DNA of 64,000 nt from Octopus sinensis (taxonomy: Eukaryota): the NCBI RefSeq assembly GCF_006345805.1, contig NC_043016.1:20832001-20896000 (forward strand). Reading direction: 5' to 3'. Each line of letters opens with the position of its first letter. The first letter of the stretch is position 1. Both the position numbers and the translations under genes were made by a program. Under the pieces are notes generated by a model that was not told the DNA's origin, ran no database searches, and saw only the letters and a list, made by a program, of their open reading frames with translations. Positions 37,880 to 51,040 of this stretch are shown in pieces.

Positions 37880-39205
37880 CATTTATAATTGCATATGACC
37901 TGTGACGGTGGCACGTACGTAAAAAGCACCATCCGAACGTGGCCGATGCCAGCGCCGCCTTGACTGGCTTCCGTGCTGGTGGCACGTAAAAAGCACCAAC
38001 CAATCATGGCCGTTGCCAGCCTCACCTGGCACATAAAAAGCACACACTACACTCACGGAGTGGTTGGCATTAGGAAGGGCATCCAGCAGTAGAAATACTG
38101 CCAGATCAGACTGGAGCCTGGTGCAGCCTTCTGGCTTCCCAGACCCCGGTCGAACCGTCCAACGCATGCTAGCATAGAAAACAGAAATTAAACGATGATG
38201 ATGATGATGACCCTCAATCAGGATTGGCAAATGAAGAGAAGAACCAGTTTTATGAAACCTTTTTACAGATTACCTCAGCGACAAATGATGATGATCTTAT
38301 AGCAGACAAGAATCACGTCATAGGTGCCAGAACTCCCACATCATGTGATTTCATTCGATTGAAAATCATCAGAGGGAAGTGTCCAGTCACTGCATGCAGG
38401 TCAAATCTCAGTGCTATGCTATATAGAATATGAGCATCTTTTCAGATATTGATGTAAATAGCCAGCAGGCTTATTAAAAATTAATTATGAAAGCAATATT
38501 ATTACCAAAAGGTAATCTTCATATTCAACTTAAGGTGGATGTCATGTTAGAACACCAAATTATGCATTATTAGCAGTGAGAGAATGAAATTACGGTATGG
38601 GGTTCAGGCACCCATGACACCAAGTGCCTATATGAGAAGATTTCTCAAGGCTAATAATACAGCACTTGCTGTTCTAACATGACATCTGCATTAAGTTGGA
38701 TTTAAAGATTGCCTTTTAGATAATGCTTCTGCCACTAATAATTAATATATATTAATTATTAGTGAAACTCTGCTTGTGAAGACCCATTGAGGCAAGTGAG
38801 GATCAGAATCGAAATCGATCAATGGAAATCGATCAATGGAAATTGCAGATGTGTTACCAGTGCCGGTGGCATGTAAGAGAACTTTCCGTTTCGCGACCGT
38901 TGCCAGCACCGCCCCGTTTCGTGTCCGTTGCCAGCCTCGCCTGGCCCTCGTGCCGGTGGCACATAAAAAGCACCATCCGTTCGTGGCCGTTTGCCAGCTC
39001 TGTCTGGCACCAGTGCGGGTGGCACGTAAAAAGCACCCACTACACTCACGGAGTGGTTGGCGTTAGGAAGGGCATCCAGCCGTAGAAACACTGCCAGATT
39101 TGACTGGGCCTGATGAAGCCTTCTGGCTTCACAGACCCCAGTAGAACCGTCCAACCCATGCTAGCATGGAAAACGGACGCTAAATGATGATGATGATGAT
39201 GATGA
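37880..39205 (+). mobile_element. Two RTE 3' UTR copies: 37880-38210 and 38770-39205
   Basis: Each ends in ATGCTAGCAT...AA(A/C)(C/T)GATGATG; internal GGCACGTAAAAAGCACC units. Confidence 0.88.
38490..38730. mobile_element. Foldback MITE with long imperfect inverted arms
   Basis: CAACTTAAGGTGGATGTCATGTTAGAACA versus TGTTCTAACATGACATCTGCATTAAGTTG; pairing extends on both sides. Confidence 0.75.
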
Positions 39206-39234
39206 GTGATGCAATGTAACTACACACATGCTGT

Positions 39235-39410
39235 TGGCAATTTCTTTTCCTTCTTTGGACTTTTCCATTTCCCCATTCCGATGAAGAGTTTTGCTTGAAA
39301 CATCAAAAGCTCTCTCTTTTTACTGAACATCAAACTAATACATTCCTTGTGCACATTCTCTTGTTGTCTATTACTGTTAATATTATTGTTCATTTATTTG
39401 AATTGATTAT
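39235..39410 (+). mobile_element. Solo Penelope-type terminal repeat fragment
   Basis: CCGATGAAGAGTTTTGCTTGAAACATC...AAACTAATACA, similar in layout to 62575-62700. Confidence 0.55.
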
Positions 39411-39699
39411 ATACATATATATATATATATATTATATATATATATATATATAATAACGGGAAGCTTTATGAAAATAGACAAGAGACGAAGGCAGGTATAT
39501 ATATATATATATCAACATCATTTTAACATCCTTCTTGTTTTATATATATATATATACATTAAGATAATAAGATATTACATACATATATATATATAGAGAT
39601 TTTTTTTTTCATAATGAGATAAAAAACTAAGGCTTGCCTACTGAGGACAACCTACTGAGGGTTACAAACCAATTCTGTGGTTGATGTAAAGTTCCAGAC

Positions 39700-41350
39700 A
39701 GATGAAGGGTGAAGTAGAATTAGTACAATGAGGTAAAAGAGCCATAAAAGGCAGACAGAGGCTAGAAAGACTGGAATAAAATGGGGTAGCAGAGAATTAT
39801 ATCAGGTAGCTAAAAGAGAAGATAGGTGACAGGTTTATTTAGCCAGGAGAGAAATCAGAAAGATAGAGTTTTGCCATTATTCTACAGCATGAAGACCAGA
39901 GGAATGAAGTGTGCTATATCACAAGGCAGTGTGATGTTATGGAGAGAAGTATATATGAATGGGCAATGATACACTTGCACTTAGTGATTCTGAAAAGAAA
40001 AAGGCATGGAAGTACTACAATGAAAGGTTATTAAATGCGGGTGGGTGAAAGTTTTTCCAGCAAGGACCAACAGAAGGATCAGTTAACATCAGTAATTAAG
40101 GATATGAAAACAGGGAAAGCCTGTGGCCCATCAGGAATTACTGCTGAGTTGTTTAAAATATCAGATGGAGTAGGATTCCACCAAACCTTAGTCACAATTT
40201 ATGCTCCTAACACTAGCTGAATGATAATTAAGTTATTTTACTAAATTCTTTGTTATATTTAAAGTGAAAAAAACAGCATCTTAAAATAAATACATAACAA
40301 AAGGGTTAAGACAAGTTGCCAATAGGGACTCCTTTCTACCGATCTCATTATTACAGCTGAAACTGTTGTTGACGTAGAGAAGAAATTCCACATGTGGAAG
40401 CAAAACCTAGAATCAAAAGGCTTCAAAGTTAACTTAGCTAAGACCAAAGTTTTAAGAGTTCATGAGGAAACAGACTTTCTCATATTTGCAAGAAGATACC
40501 TAGAAGTGGTAGAAAGTTTCTGTTGCCTGTGTAACCCAATTAGCAGTGGCAGAGGATGATCTGAAAGTATGGTTTCTAGAATAAAAAACAGGTTCAAGAA
40601 GTTCAAAAAGCTACTACCTCTGTTAGTAACAAAAGGTCCCTCTCTCAGAAAACTAGAAAGAAATGAAACTAGTATGCTCCCATTGGATGCGCATGAACAA
40701 AATTGTACAAATGTATTGAGAGAAATATTAAGCATCAGAGGAATCAGATATAGTGTGAAAGAAAGAAGACTGCATAGGTACAGACATGAGATGCACATGG
40801 ATGAGGACTACTGTATGAAGAAGTGTCAATATGGATGAAGTGTGTGGAAGAGGGAGATCTGAGAAAACAAGGGACAAAACAGTAAAAACTGATTGCAGGA
40901 TTCTGAATCACATAGAGGAGATAACTCGCAATCTGTGGTGCTAGAGAAGATCAACCCATCTTGGAGAAACAGGTTTTGGAATCAATGACTCTATACACAA
41001 CTATTACTCATCTCTCTATCACTTGCCTAAATACAGTATTCTACTGCTGGAATTAAATAAGTGAAGAACTATTTTATCAGTTTTTTCCCCCCACTCAAAT
41101 AGCTTCCTACCACATCTCTAACTATCCATCACACTCTTAGAACCCTTCCTGTTCTTCTGTCTCCACTTACTTTTATTCACCTTCTTGCACCTTGAGGTCC
41201 TCCTTGACACCGTGTTACCATTTTTATCTCTTTCCAGCTCCATTCTGACTACTTCTACTCACTATTGTATAATGCAAGTAGCCATGTAGCTCCTGTACAC
41301 CAAGAAACCTTTTCTGCGCCCCTTTTTTTCATATTTTAACTTTTCATCAC
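39700..41350 (+). mobile_element. Old RTE ORF2 remnant plus 3' region
   Basis: DMKTGKACGPSGITAELFKI, VNLAKTKV and RFKKFKKLLPLLVTKG. Confidence 0.82.
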
Positions 41351-41367
41351 CTAGTGTAAAGCTACTT

Positions 41368-41772
41368 CATCATCATCATCATCGTTTAACGTCCGTTCTC
41401 CATGCTAGCATGGGTTGGACGGTTCAACCGGGGATCTGGGAAGCCAGAAGGCTGCACCAGGCTCCAGTCTGATCTGGCAGTGTTTCTACGGCTGGATGCC
41501 CTTCCTAACGCCAACCACTCCGTGAGTGTAGTGGGTGCTTTTTACGTGCCACCTGCACAGGTGCCAGGCGAGGCTGGCAACGGCCACGGTCGGATTGGTG
41601 TATTTTATGTGCCACCAGCACGGAAGCCAGTCGAGGCGGCGCTGGCATCGGCCACGAGTCGGATAGTGCTTTTTACGTACCACCAGACCAGGGATCCTGG
41701 CTGGTTCAATTCAATTTCGATTTCGCTTGCCCCATGTCTTCGCAAGCAAAGGGGGTTGGCATGGGTGCCTAT
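41368..41772 (-). mobile_element. Young RTE 3' UTR copy, nearly identical to 14611-15015
   Basis: Direct sequence match. Confidence 0.92.
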
Positions 41773-41799
41773 TTAAAAATATCCCTCAAGTTATCTTAA

Positions 41800-43380
41800 A
41801 ATGCAAAGGCTATATTGAATAATGTAATTGTGACTGTCATGACTGGAATGCCTTTCTTTAAATGTAGTTTACTCAGCCACAGCTGACCAGTGGCTAAACG
41901 ACAACAATCAACAGTAAGGGTTTTTACACAGCACTGCAACATTACAAGAAAACAATTACTGAAGCAAAAGATGCCTTTGTTCATTACACAGCTGACAAGA
42001 TTTTCACTTCCCAACATGCAGTAGGACATTCTGATTCCTTGCCAAGGAATCCTCACCATAGATGACTTTGTTAGCTGCACCTCAGCTCCTCACCATAGAT
42101 GACTTTGTTTGCAGCACCTCTGCCGAAAAAATATTTTACTTTGCTTCCCATTCCAAAATTACGCATCTCAATCTCATTTCAATACCTTCTGTTTCAACAT
42201 CACAATGCCAGTCCACAAATTCCTCCAATTATTCCAATTCAACAAGATGATCAATCCCAAATATAAGCCCCTTCTAAGGCTTATTTTGCTGTTACCCTAG
42301 TCAAACTCTTCAAGAGTTTATTCCAAATCCTTAGCAACATGATCCATTGTATTTCATCTTCCAAAAGTCAACTTCTCAAACCCAAGAATCTACTTCAAAC
42401 ACCACAGTTGTCAACAACGAATTCCAATCTGTCTCTACCTCCACACCAGTACTCATAAAGTCAAATATAACATAGAGAACTCCTCTCCTACATCAGCAGT
42501 TTCACTTCACCTTTCAAAGCCTTCAACCACGCCTGGCACAAGAACCTCCTAGCTATGTTATCTAGCTGCCAATCAATGTATGGTCTATATTTGTATTTCA
42601 TGTCCAAAACTGAAAGCTCCGGTCAAAATACGACATTGCTAAACTTGTTGACAAGTCTCTCTCTCTCAGATCCATATCGTATTAACTCAAGTGTTCCTCA
42701 ATGTTCAGTAATGTCTCCCATATAATAATGATTGATTTGCTGTCACCTCTAACAGATTCTTATGAATATGGTATGCTCCACACTTCTTTGATCTTCTACA
42801 TGCGAACCTAAATATTAATTTTGTGAACAGAAACCTTGAAAGCAACCTTCAACAAAAAACACGACAAATTCGTCTTACAACAGCACAGGCTTAATTACTA
42901 TACCGATCAAGAAATACAGTATCACTCTCCAGTCTTGAGCAACATTCAGTTACCTCCCAATCGCTGATTATTTCTTGCGGTAACTCTCAGCCCTTAGGGC
43001 CAATAACATTTGTTATTCATCTCTAAAGCTCAAAAAAGACCCTCAACAGAGTAACTTGGTATGGTGCCACTGCGTCACACATAACATCCTAGGCTACAAC
43101 CAACAGGCTGTCAAAGATTCTGTCAACGACTTGCTCACAAACACACATTTTCTTCGCTGTGACATTTCTAAATAGCAATAATGGCTCCGGCTTCTCTGAA
43201 TGAGCTATCTTTACTAGCATACGGGCTTATTCGTCCCATTCGTCACTGTACTTTCACTAAACACTTCTTTCAGTCCATTCCAGAACAGAAACCCTTTGAT
43301 GGTATTTTATCACAACGTACAATTAGTTCTCCTCCGGATGTTCAAACTGAATATTAACAACATGAACCAAAATTAGTCGG
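41800..43380 (+). mobile_element. Decayed CR1/L2-like LINE RT and 3' end
   Basis: IPIQQDDQS, AFNHAWH and INSSVPQCSVMSP are degenerate RT motifs. Confidence 0.7.
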
Positions 43381-43559
43381 GTAGGTCCGCCTAGAAAGTT
43401 CGTGGACACTGTCCCACCTCATATGACTAACCTGTGTCGTTTTGAGCACTAATTGTCTGAATCAATTATATGTCTTCTTGATATATTCCTATCCATTATA
43501 TATATATCTCTTTACTATAAACCAGTATATTTAGCTGCCAAAAACGAACATATGTATGA

Positions 43560-43676
43560 ACGTGTAATGAATATATATAAATATATACTTCGTATAAAAT
43601 GGTTTCTATGTATATGATTTTATATCCATATTATGTGTACGTGTTATATAGGTATGAGTGTGTGTATGTGTGTATG

Positions 43677-43723
<47 letters not shown>

Positions 43724-44160
43724 GAAAATATGTGTAAATATATGTATATATATATGTGTACGTATATGTGTGTGTATATATATATATAAGTGTGTATATA
43801 TGTGTGTGTGTGTATACATATACGAATTATATATAAATACATGTATATATATATTCATGTGTATATATGTTTTTATGTACTATATACATTTACACGCAGA
43901 GAAAATTTAAGTGAACAAGGTAACTTAAACACAAAATTTATATATATATATATAGCTGTTTATATAATACAGGCGTAATCCAAATATACATTTTATATAT
44001 ATATATATACATTTTATATATATATACATTTATATATATATATATATTATACATATATATATATACACACACACACATATATATATATATATTATAAACG
44101 AAATATATATATGTGTGTATAATGCTATATATATATATATATATATATATATAATGGTAG
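43560..44160. repeat. Compound (TA)n/(TG)n array just inside putative intron 1
   Basis: Direct inspection. Similar arrays at about 5950-6250, 11540-11690, 17215-17400, 24700-24930 and 47455-47645. Confidence 0.95.
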
Positions 44161-44193
44161 TGTGTATGCATAAGTAGAAATGAAGTTGCTCAC

Positions 44194-44330
44194 CCAGTGG
44201 TGTGTTGACACACCTCCAGCTACTCCCACACCGTGTCCACATAGACAGTTCTACAAACTCCTTGCTCACGTACAGACGCACAGACAGATGATTTCCGCTT
44301 TCTCTATAGCCTCAGTTCCTCTTTGGCGCT
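44194..44330 (-). other. Putative first exon of ACBD3 (5' boundary uncertain)
   Basis: Strong donor CTGG|GTGAGC (GT at 44193-44192) at the edge of a CpG-rich patch, on the same strand as ACBD3. Coding exon 1 has an acceptor, so an upstream exon is expected. No transcript evidence. Confidence 0.55.
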
Positions 44331-44400
44331 GTAGTGCGCATGCGTTCGTGTAAAAAAAAAACTGCTTCCTGTTCGAATCTATGGAAGAACCGATTTTTAT
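44290..44400. promoter_or_regulatory. CpG-rich, TATA-less housekeeping-type promoter
   Basis: NRF1-like TGCGCATGCG at 44335-44344; ETS-like CTTCCTG (about 44365) and TTTCCGC (about 44292); local CpG enrichment in an otherwise CpG-poor window. Confidence 0.5.
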
Positions 44401-44649
44401 TTCTTAATCCGATAGATGTAATGATTAAAATGATATTTCGTACCTGCCAACGTTCTCTGTTTTTTTATTGAGTCCATCCGTATTTAACATAAGATATAAT
44501 TTGAAAGAGAGAGGAAAAGATTTGCAAGCTATTTCTTGCCTGTCGAGCGATAAGAAGCGGCTTTGTTAACTTTTTCCTGTACTTTGTACTTATATGTAGG
44601 ATAACTACTAACATAGTTTGTGTATGTGTGAGAGAGAGAGAAGACGTGT

Positions 44650-44830
44650 ATCGTAGTGTTTAGGGGCGTTGGGCTCAGGATCGTGGTTTCGATTTCTGCA
44701 CCATGCGATGCGTTGTGTTCTTGAACAGAATACTTCATCTCGCGTTGCTCTGCGATCATTCTGATAATGTGGCACACCGTGCACCTGTACTGAAAAATGT
44801 CTTTCCGGTGGTAAAAGTAAGCGAATGTAC
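44650..44830 (+). mobile_element. CpG-rich tRNA-SINE upstream of the promoter
   Basis: GGTTTCGATTTC B-box-like; GTTGTGTTCTTGAAC...GTTGCTCTGCGATCA shared with 13760-14043. Confidence 0.7.
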
Positions 44831-45480
44831 ATTACAAGCATTTGATCACTATGAACAAATCAGCTGTGCATGTTGTACAGCAAGAAATTGCTGAACTTAA
44901 CATCGAAGGTGTGTGTTGGAATGTAAGAGAAAATTACAGGTTAAAATGTCACACATTTTTTTAAATACCGAAAGTGATAGTTATAAACTATTTTAATCCG
45001 TTTATGAATTGACGTTACATAACCTGTAGACAATGACGGTTTCTATTATGGCATCATACATGTATAAAAAAATTGTTTTATTCAATATATCCTTTAAAAA
45101 ATTTAACAAACAAAATATCTGGAGTTTTCTTTTGAATTTTCTTTCTCTGGAATTTCTGCGATACTATGTCTGTGTATTTTTGTTTTCTCGTCGTCAGATA
45201 ATAGGTGTCTGACGAGAGACATCGATACATCCATCAATGGATTATAATTACATAATTTACGACACGTATACTATTCTCTTACATATCCTGTGCAAAGCAA
45301 AAGCAATGCGTCTGTTAACTATTTCAGTCGCAGATTTTATGCAAGAAAACATGTGTGTGCATCAGTTAATTATATGATATTAACCTTTTAATGGGGTGAT
45401 TACAGACAAGAAAAACACCGGTTCTATACCATATATCTTTGGGAAATAAAATTTCCTAAAATCAATAGGTATGTATTAAG

Positions 45481-45871
45481 TATATAATCCGTATTAAATT
45501 AAGAGAAAAAAAATGCAGATTAGTGGTTAATATTTATTTATTAATGAATTGATAATCATTTCTTCCTACAGCTGTGTCCATTTATACTCATTTGATAAAA
45601 TTACAAATTTATGTATTAAATTTGCATTTTTAAGTCATGAGCAAAATATCATGAGGGTAAAGTTGGACATTAAAAAATTACATGTTGACTTTTCTGTTCA
45701 TTCCAGCAGACTTTATAACTTATAAATGCAAATTTGATGCATAAATTTGTAATTTATCCAATGAGTATAAATGGAAACAGCTGTAGGAAGAAATGGTTGT
45801 CAATTTATTAATATATAAATATTCACCACTAACTCTCCATTTTCTTCTCATAATTTAATACAGATTATATA
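45481..45871. mobile_element. Foldback MITE: about 155-bp inverted arms and about 80-bp spacer
   Basis: 45481-45635 is the reverse complement of 45718-45871, with scattered mismatches; TATATA at both ends. Confidence 0.9.
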
Positions 45872-47488
45872 AACACACACACAGTATGTCGAAAGTAGCA
45901 CCCAGTTTCTGTGAAGTCATACATTTCTTTGTTGCTTTGCAGGTTATTACTGACAGGTTTAAACATTACTAAATCTGGATCATCTATCATGTTGTTTATA
46001 CTCTTTGATATCCTAACCTGCAAAACAAGAATTAGGGGTCAAAAGTGTCTCCCTGTCTGGAAGTCATATATATCAACCCTAAAACAGGACTCATCCTGTA
46101 CATATATGCATACATACAAACATACGTACGTACATACATACATACATACATACATACATACATACGACACACACACACACACACATACATACATATGCAG
46201 AACCCATAAGTATTATGAATATTTCAACTGCTACACTGTCAAGTTCAGTTACTCCTGTTAGACAACATTGCTTCCAACAGTGAATGCTACAATAGATGCA
46301 GACACACAACTACACAACTCGCAATAAACACCCCACTTTGCTATTGCTAAAATCCTACCAACTGCTTACTGGGAAAATCCCACTTCTTAAGGGCCGAGGT
46401 TTGTAGAGCTCACACCATCTGATGGCATTATAAGACATGATATCCAATAACTTCAAGAGGGGGTATACATAGCACAGGCATTCTTTCAGGTACAGGGATA
46501 GGGAAAAACTCCACCTCCTTGTTCCATTTTATCTGGAGACTTCATGATCATTGGAACAATGTCCCCAACATCAAATAAAAAGGGTCCCTTCATATTCACC
46601 TGGAGCTTGCAATTGTGAACTCTGTCTCTGTGAAAGATTACTCATATTCCACTAACTTGCAGCATCTATCAACAGGAAGTACTGTTTTATTGTTGTCACC
46701 AGAGGTAAGTACTATTAATGAACTTCAAACCGTTGTGACCTGACAATCAAGAAATATCACCTTAGACTTACATATTCCATACACAAGAGCATGTCACTTT
46801 AACCTCTGCTGATCAAACAGATTTCAGTCCAACCTAACACAACCAAGATGTTGCTAGATCAACAATACCACAACCTCCAGACATAACAGCAACAGCTGTT
46901 ACCAACGTTCTGTCTGACCAAGTCAATCTAAGAACAAAGATATGATCTGATGTCACTGCCAACAAGCCAATAATACCACATAATCTGAGTTGAACACTAA
47001 AGTCCTAACATATAGAAGCCATCTTGAAATTTGTGTCATTTCCTGTTACTTGATCTCCAAATGCCAGATGAGTTAGGTTCATTGTATGAGCCTATGAAAC
47101 TTTAAGTTGCATGGAGCTGAGTCAAACTGTTAGGTATGTGGTAAGAAGATTGCTTTCCAACCACATGATTCCTGGTTCAGTCCCACTGCATGGCACCTTG
47201 GGCAAGTGTCTTCTACCAGAGCCTCGGGCTAACCAAAGCCTTGTAACTGGATTTGCTAGATGGAAACTAAAAAGAAGCCTGTCATATATATATAATATAT
47301 TTTTTTTTTTTTTTCTGATGACCAGATAACTGCATCCGAACTCGGAGTTTTATCATGGCTACCGAATAATTGTCACATATACATTTACAGATAAATTCCT
47401 CTATTTACATAATATCAAGGTCTCTTTTTTCTTTTGTTGTCTTACCATTTTTATCAATATATATATGTGTATATATATATATATATAT

Positions 47489-47564
<76 letters not shown>

Positions 47565-47597
47565 TATATGTATATATATTGTATATATATATATATG

Positions 47598-47628
<31 letters not shown>

Positions 47629-47645
47629 GTATATATATATGTATA

Positions 47646-47852
47646 GCCCCGCCTGGCACCTGTGCAGGTGGCACGTAAAAAGCACCCACTACACTCACGG
47701 AGTGGTTGGCGTTAGGAAGGGCATCCAGCTGTAGAAACATTGCCAAATTAGACTGGAGCCTGGTGCAGCCTTCTGGCTTCCCAGACCCCAGTTGCACCGT
47801 CCAACCCATGCCAGCATGGAAAGCGGACGCTAAACGATGATGATGATGATGA
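47646..47852 (+). mobile_element. Young RTE 3' end embedded in a (TA)n array
   Basis: (TA)n directly on both sides. Confidence 0.92.
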
Positions 47853-47899
47853 TATATATATATATATATATATATATGGTTTGAATCATTAATAATATC

Positions 47900-49125
47900 C
47901 ATTTTGGGGAAATAAATTGTAATGACACTTTTTGAACTTCAAATGTTTAAAATTGAAATGGAAGCTACCATTTTTAAAATACCCTCATCTGTCATTCATA
48001 TTTAAGCAGTGAAAGTGTGCGCATTATAGCTTAATATTAAATTTCACTGCCCTGGAATGGATGAACTGGCAGTGCATATTTAACATGTGGTGTTGTGAGA
48101 GTTTAAGAATGGATAAAATGCCACAGAAACAGCAAAGAAAATATGCAGTGTTTATTGCCAAGGTGTCTTTACTGACCAGCAAATGCAAAATTGGTTTTCA
48201 AAGTTTCATTCCAGAGATTTGTTATTGAGAGATGATGCTCATCAGACTTTGCACCAGGATGCTCATCAGATTTCAATCATGGTGCTTTAAGAGAATTAGT
48301 GGAATTCAATCCTTGTAAAAGAACTTGGAAATTAGCAGTTGACTTCAACACATCCCATCCACCATCTGCCACCACTTTTAAAAGATAGGAAAAGTCAGCA
48401 AGTTTGGGCTCCCCATACTCTTAGTGAGAAGAATAGGGAAGATCGCATATCCATAGGGAAAAGTCTTCTTTCAAGGTAGAAAAAATGACCCGTTTCTAAA
48501 TAATATCATTACAGGTGATGGAAAATGGGTCTTTTATGACAAAGATCAATGCAAAAGGCAGCGGAGTGACAAGGCTGAGCTCTATGAAAGGAAGGTTATG
48601 GTGGAATCACCGCAGTATTATTCATTTTGAGTTTTTAAAACTGCAATCAAATACTAAAGCTGACATATACACTCAACAGCTGCAACATGTGCATGAATAT
48701 CGTTTAAGAAAATGCTCTGCACTTGTCAGTAGGAGAAACATTGTGCTTCTCCATGATGGCACAAGACCACATTCAGCAAGGATCATGCAGGATAAAATAT
48801 TGGATATGGGCTAGTGTGTTCTACTCCATTCATGATATTCACTGGACTTTCCACCAACTGATTTTCATCTTCACTCTCTACAAAATGCTCTGATGGGAAA
48901 AAATTTTCTCAAAAACAATCAGGTGAAAATGTATGTGGAAAGCTTTTTTCATGTCAAGGCCAACTGAATTTTACTCAAGAGGAATCAAAAAGTTACCTGA
49001 TAAATGGTAAGAAGTCATTCAAAATAATGGCAACTATACTGATAATAGAAAATAATTCTTTGTAAAATTTTTTCATGATTGAAGGTATTTAACAAAATCA
49101 AATTTTTTTTATTACTCAACCCAAT
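47900..49125 (+). mobile_element. Decayed mariner
   Basis: KNATETAKKICSVY, ITGDGKWVFYD and LLHDGTRPHSA; right TIR-like TTACTCAACCCAATA. Confidence 0.85.
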
Positions 49126-49158
49126 ATATGTGTGTATGCATATATATATATGCATATA

Positions 49159-50425
49159 CGAGGGGTGTTCAATAAGTAATGCCCCTGACCCACTTCCCAT
49201 AGCAGTAGAGCAACGAAACTTGGAACAGTTATTAGTCTTTTTCTACATAGGAATCACCCAGATGTAACGCATTTCTCCCATTGTTTGATGCAGCTCTGAA
49301 GACCGTTTTTGTAGAAGACCCCAGCTTGGTCCTCCAACCACGACGTGACTTCAGAAATCAAGGCTGCATCATCTGGGAAACGCTTTCCTTTCAAAAACAA
49401 CTTCATGGCTGGGAAGAGGTGAAAATCAGAGGGTGCAGGTCAGGAGATGGGGGATGAGTTCATAGCCGCACGCCTGTGCTTCTGATCTGGCGACACGCGA
49501 GTTGTGGATCGGAGTGTTGTCCTGCAGGAGGAGGATGCCTTTGCTGATCTTGCCCCGCCTCTTGATTTTGATAGCTTCTCTTAATTTCCTCAAAGTGAAG
49601 CATAATAGACTCCTGTAATTGTGGCACCCTTTGCCAAGAATCTGTCATCACTACTCAGTCCTGGTCCCAGAAGACTGTGAGCATGACCTTGCCAGCGGAG
49701 GGCTACACCCTTGCCTTCTTTGGAGGAGGTGAGTCACGGTGCTTCCACTGCATTGACTGGGCTTTGGTCTCTGGATCATAGTGATGGACCAGGTTTCATC
49801 CTGTGTAATCAGTCTTTTGAAAAATTTTGACTCATCTTCTTGGCACATCTTCAAATTCATCCTCGCGCTATCGACGCGTTCTTGCTTCTGGAAAGGTGTG
49901 AGCAGCCTGGGAATCCATCTGGCAGACACCTTTTGCATATGCAAATGGTCATGAATGATAATTTCCACAGACCCGGTACTAATCTTGACCTCATGGGCTA
50001 TTTGGCGAATAGTTATGTGTCGATCTTCCAAAATGGCAGCCTCAACTTGACGGACAGATGCTTCATCAATGGCAGAAGGGGGCAACCAGATCTGGGAGCT
50101 GTTTCCACAAAGTTCCAACCATGTTTGAATTCACGATGTAGAGATTTTACAAGGTCATATGATGGGGCATCATCACCATAAGTTACTTTTATTTCATCAA
50201 AAGTCTCCCGTGGTGTGCGTCCTTTCAAATACAAAAACCGCATCACTGCTCGACACTCAACAGGCTCCGTTTCACACTTGACTCAGTTCAAACACCTGTA
50301 AATCAGAAACCACAATTAGTTCAGAGCCGTAATCTATAGAGATATAGGTAATTGCACATGCAAAATTTCAGCTAGATCAAACAACTGCAAGTGGGTCAGC
50401 GGCATTACTTATTAAACGCCCCTCG
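49159..50425 (-). mobile_element. Full-length mariner (irritans-like), 35-bp TIRs, TA TSDs
   Basis: TA|CGAGGGGTGTTCAATAAGTAATGCCCCTGACCCAC...GTGGGTCAGCGGCATTACTTATTAAACGCCCCTCG|TA (3 mismatches); VSARWIPRLLT, LITQDETW and APSDFHLFP; frameshifted. Confidence 0.95.
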
Positions 50426-50438
50426 TATATATATATAT

Positions 50439-50440
<2 letters not shown>

Positions 50441-50473
<33 letters not shown>

Positions 50474-51040
50474 TTAACGTCCGCTTTCCATGCTAGCATG
50501 GGTTGGACGGTTCAACTGGGGTCTGGGGAGCCCGAAGGCTGCACCAGGCCAGTCAGATCTGGCAGTGTTTCTACAGCTGGATGCCCTTCCTAACGCCAAC
50601 CACTCCGAGAGTGTAGTGAGTGATTTTGTGTGCCACCGACACAGGTGCCAGACGAGGCTAGCAGACGGCCATGCTCGGATGGTGTTTTTATGTGCCACCG
50701 ACACAGGTGCCAGATGAGGCTGGCGAACGGCCACGATCGGATGGTGTTTGTTACGTGCCCACAGCACGGAGGCCAGTCGATGCGGTACTGGCTACGGCCA
50801 CGTTCGGACGGTTTTCTTGTGTGCCACCGGCACTGGTACCACAAAGATACAAATTCCATTGATGTTCATCTATTTTGATTTGTTTTGATTTTGATTTTCA
50901 CTTGCCTCAACAGGTCTTCACAAGTGTCACAAGAAGGAAGGTATGCACAGGTGGACTGACTACGTCCCAGGTAGGGGCCACGGGTTATGGCCTGACTAGT
51001 CTTGCCGGGTCTTCGGTTGGTGTTTTTATGTGCCAGCCTA
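50441..51040 (-). mobile_element. Young RTE 3' UTR (second subfamily)
   Basis: Nearly identical to 58242-58930 apart from repeat copy number. Confidence 0.92.

Noticed and set aside
42051-42120. Short tandem duplications (37-bp period here; 24-bp period at 5050-5097)
   Set aside because: Ordinary slippage events with no sign of function.
44760-44830. Divergent plus-strand first exon (donor-like AAA|GTAAGC at about 44817)
   Set aside because: It lies in a SINE, and I recognised no downstream plus-strand coding exons in 45-64 kb.
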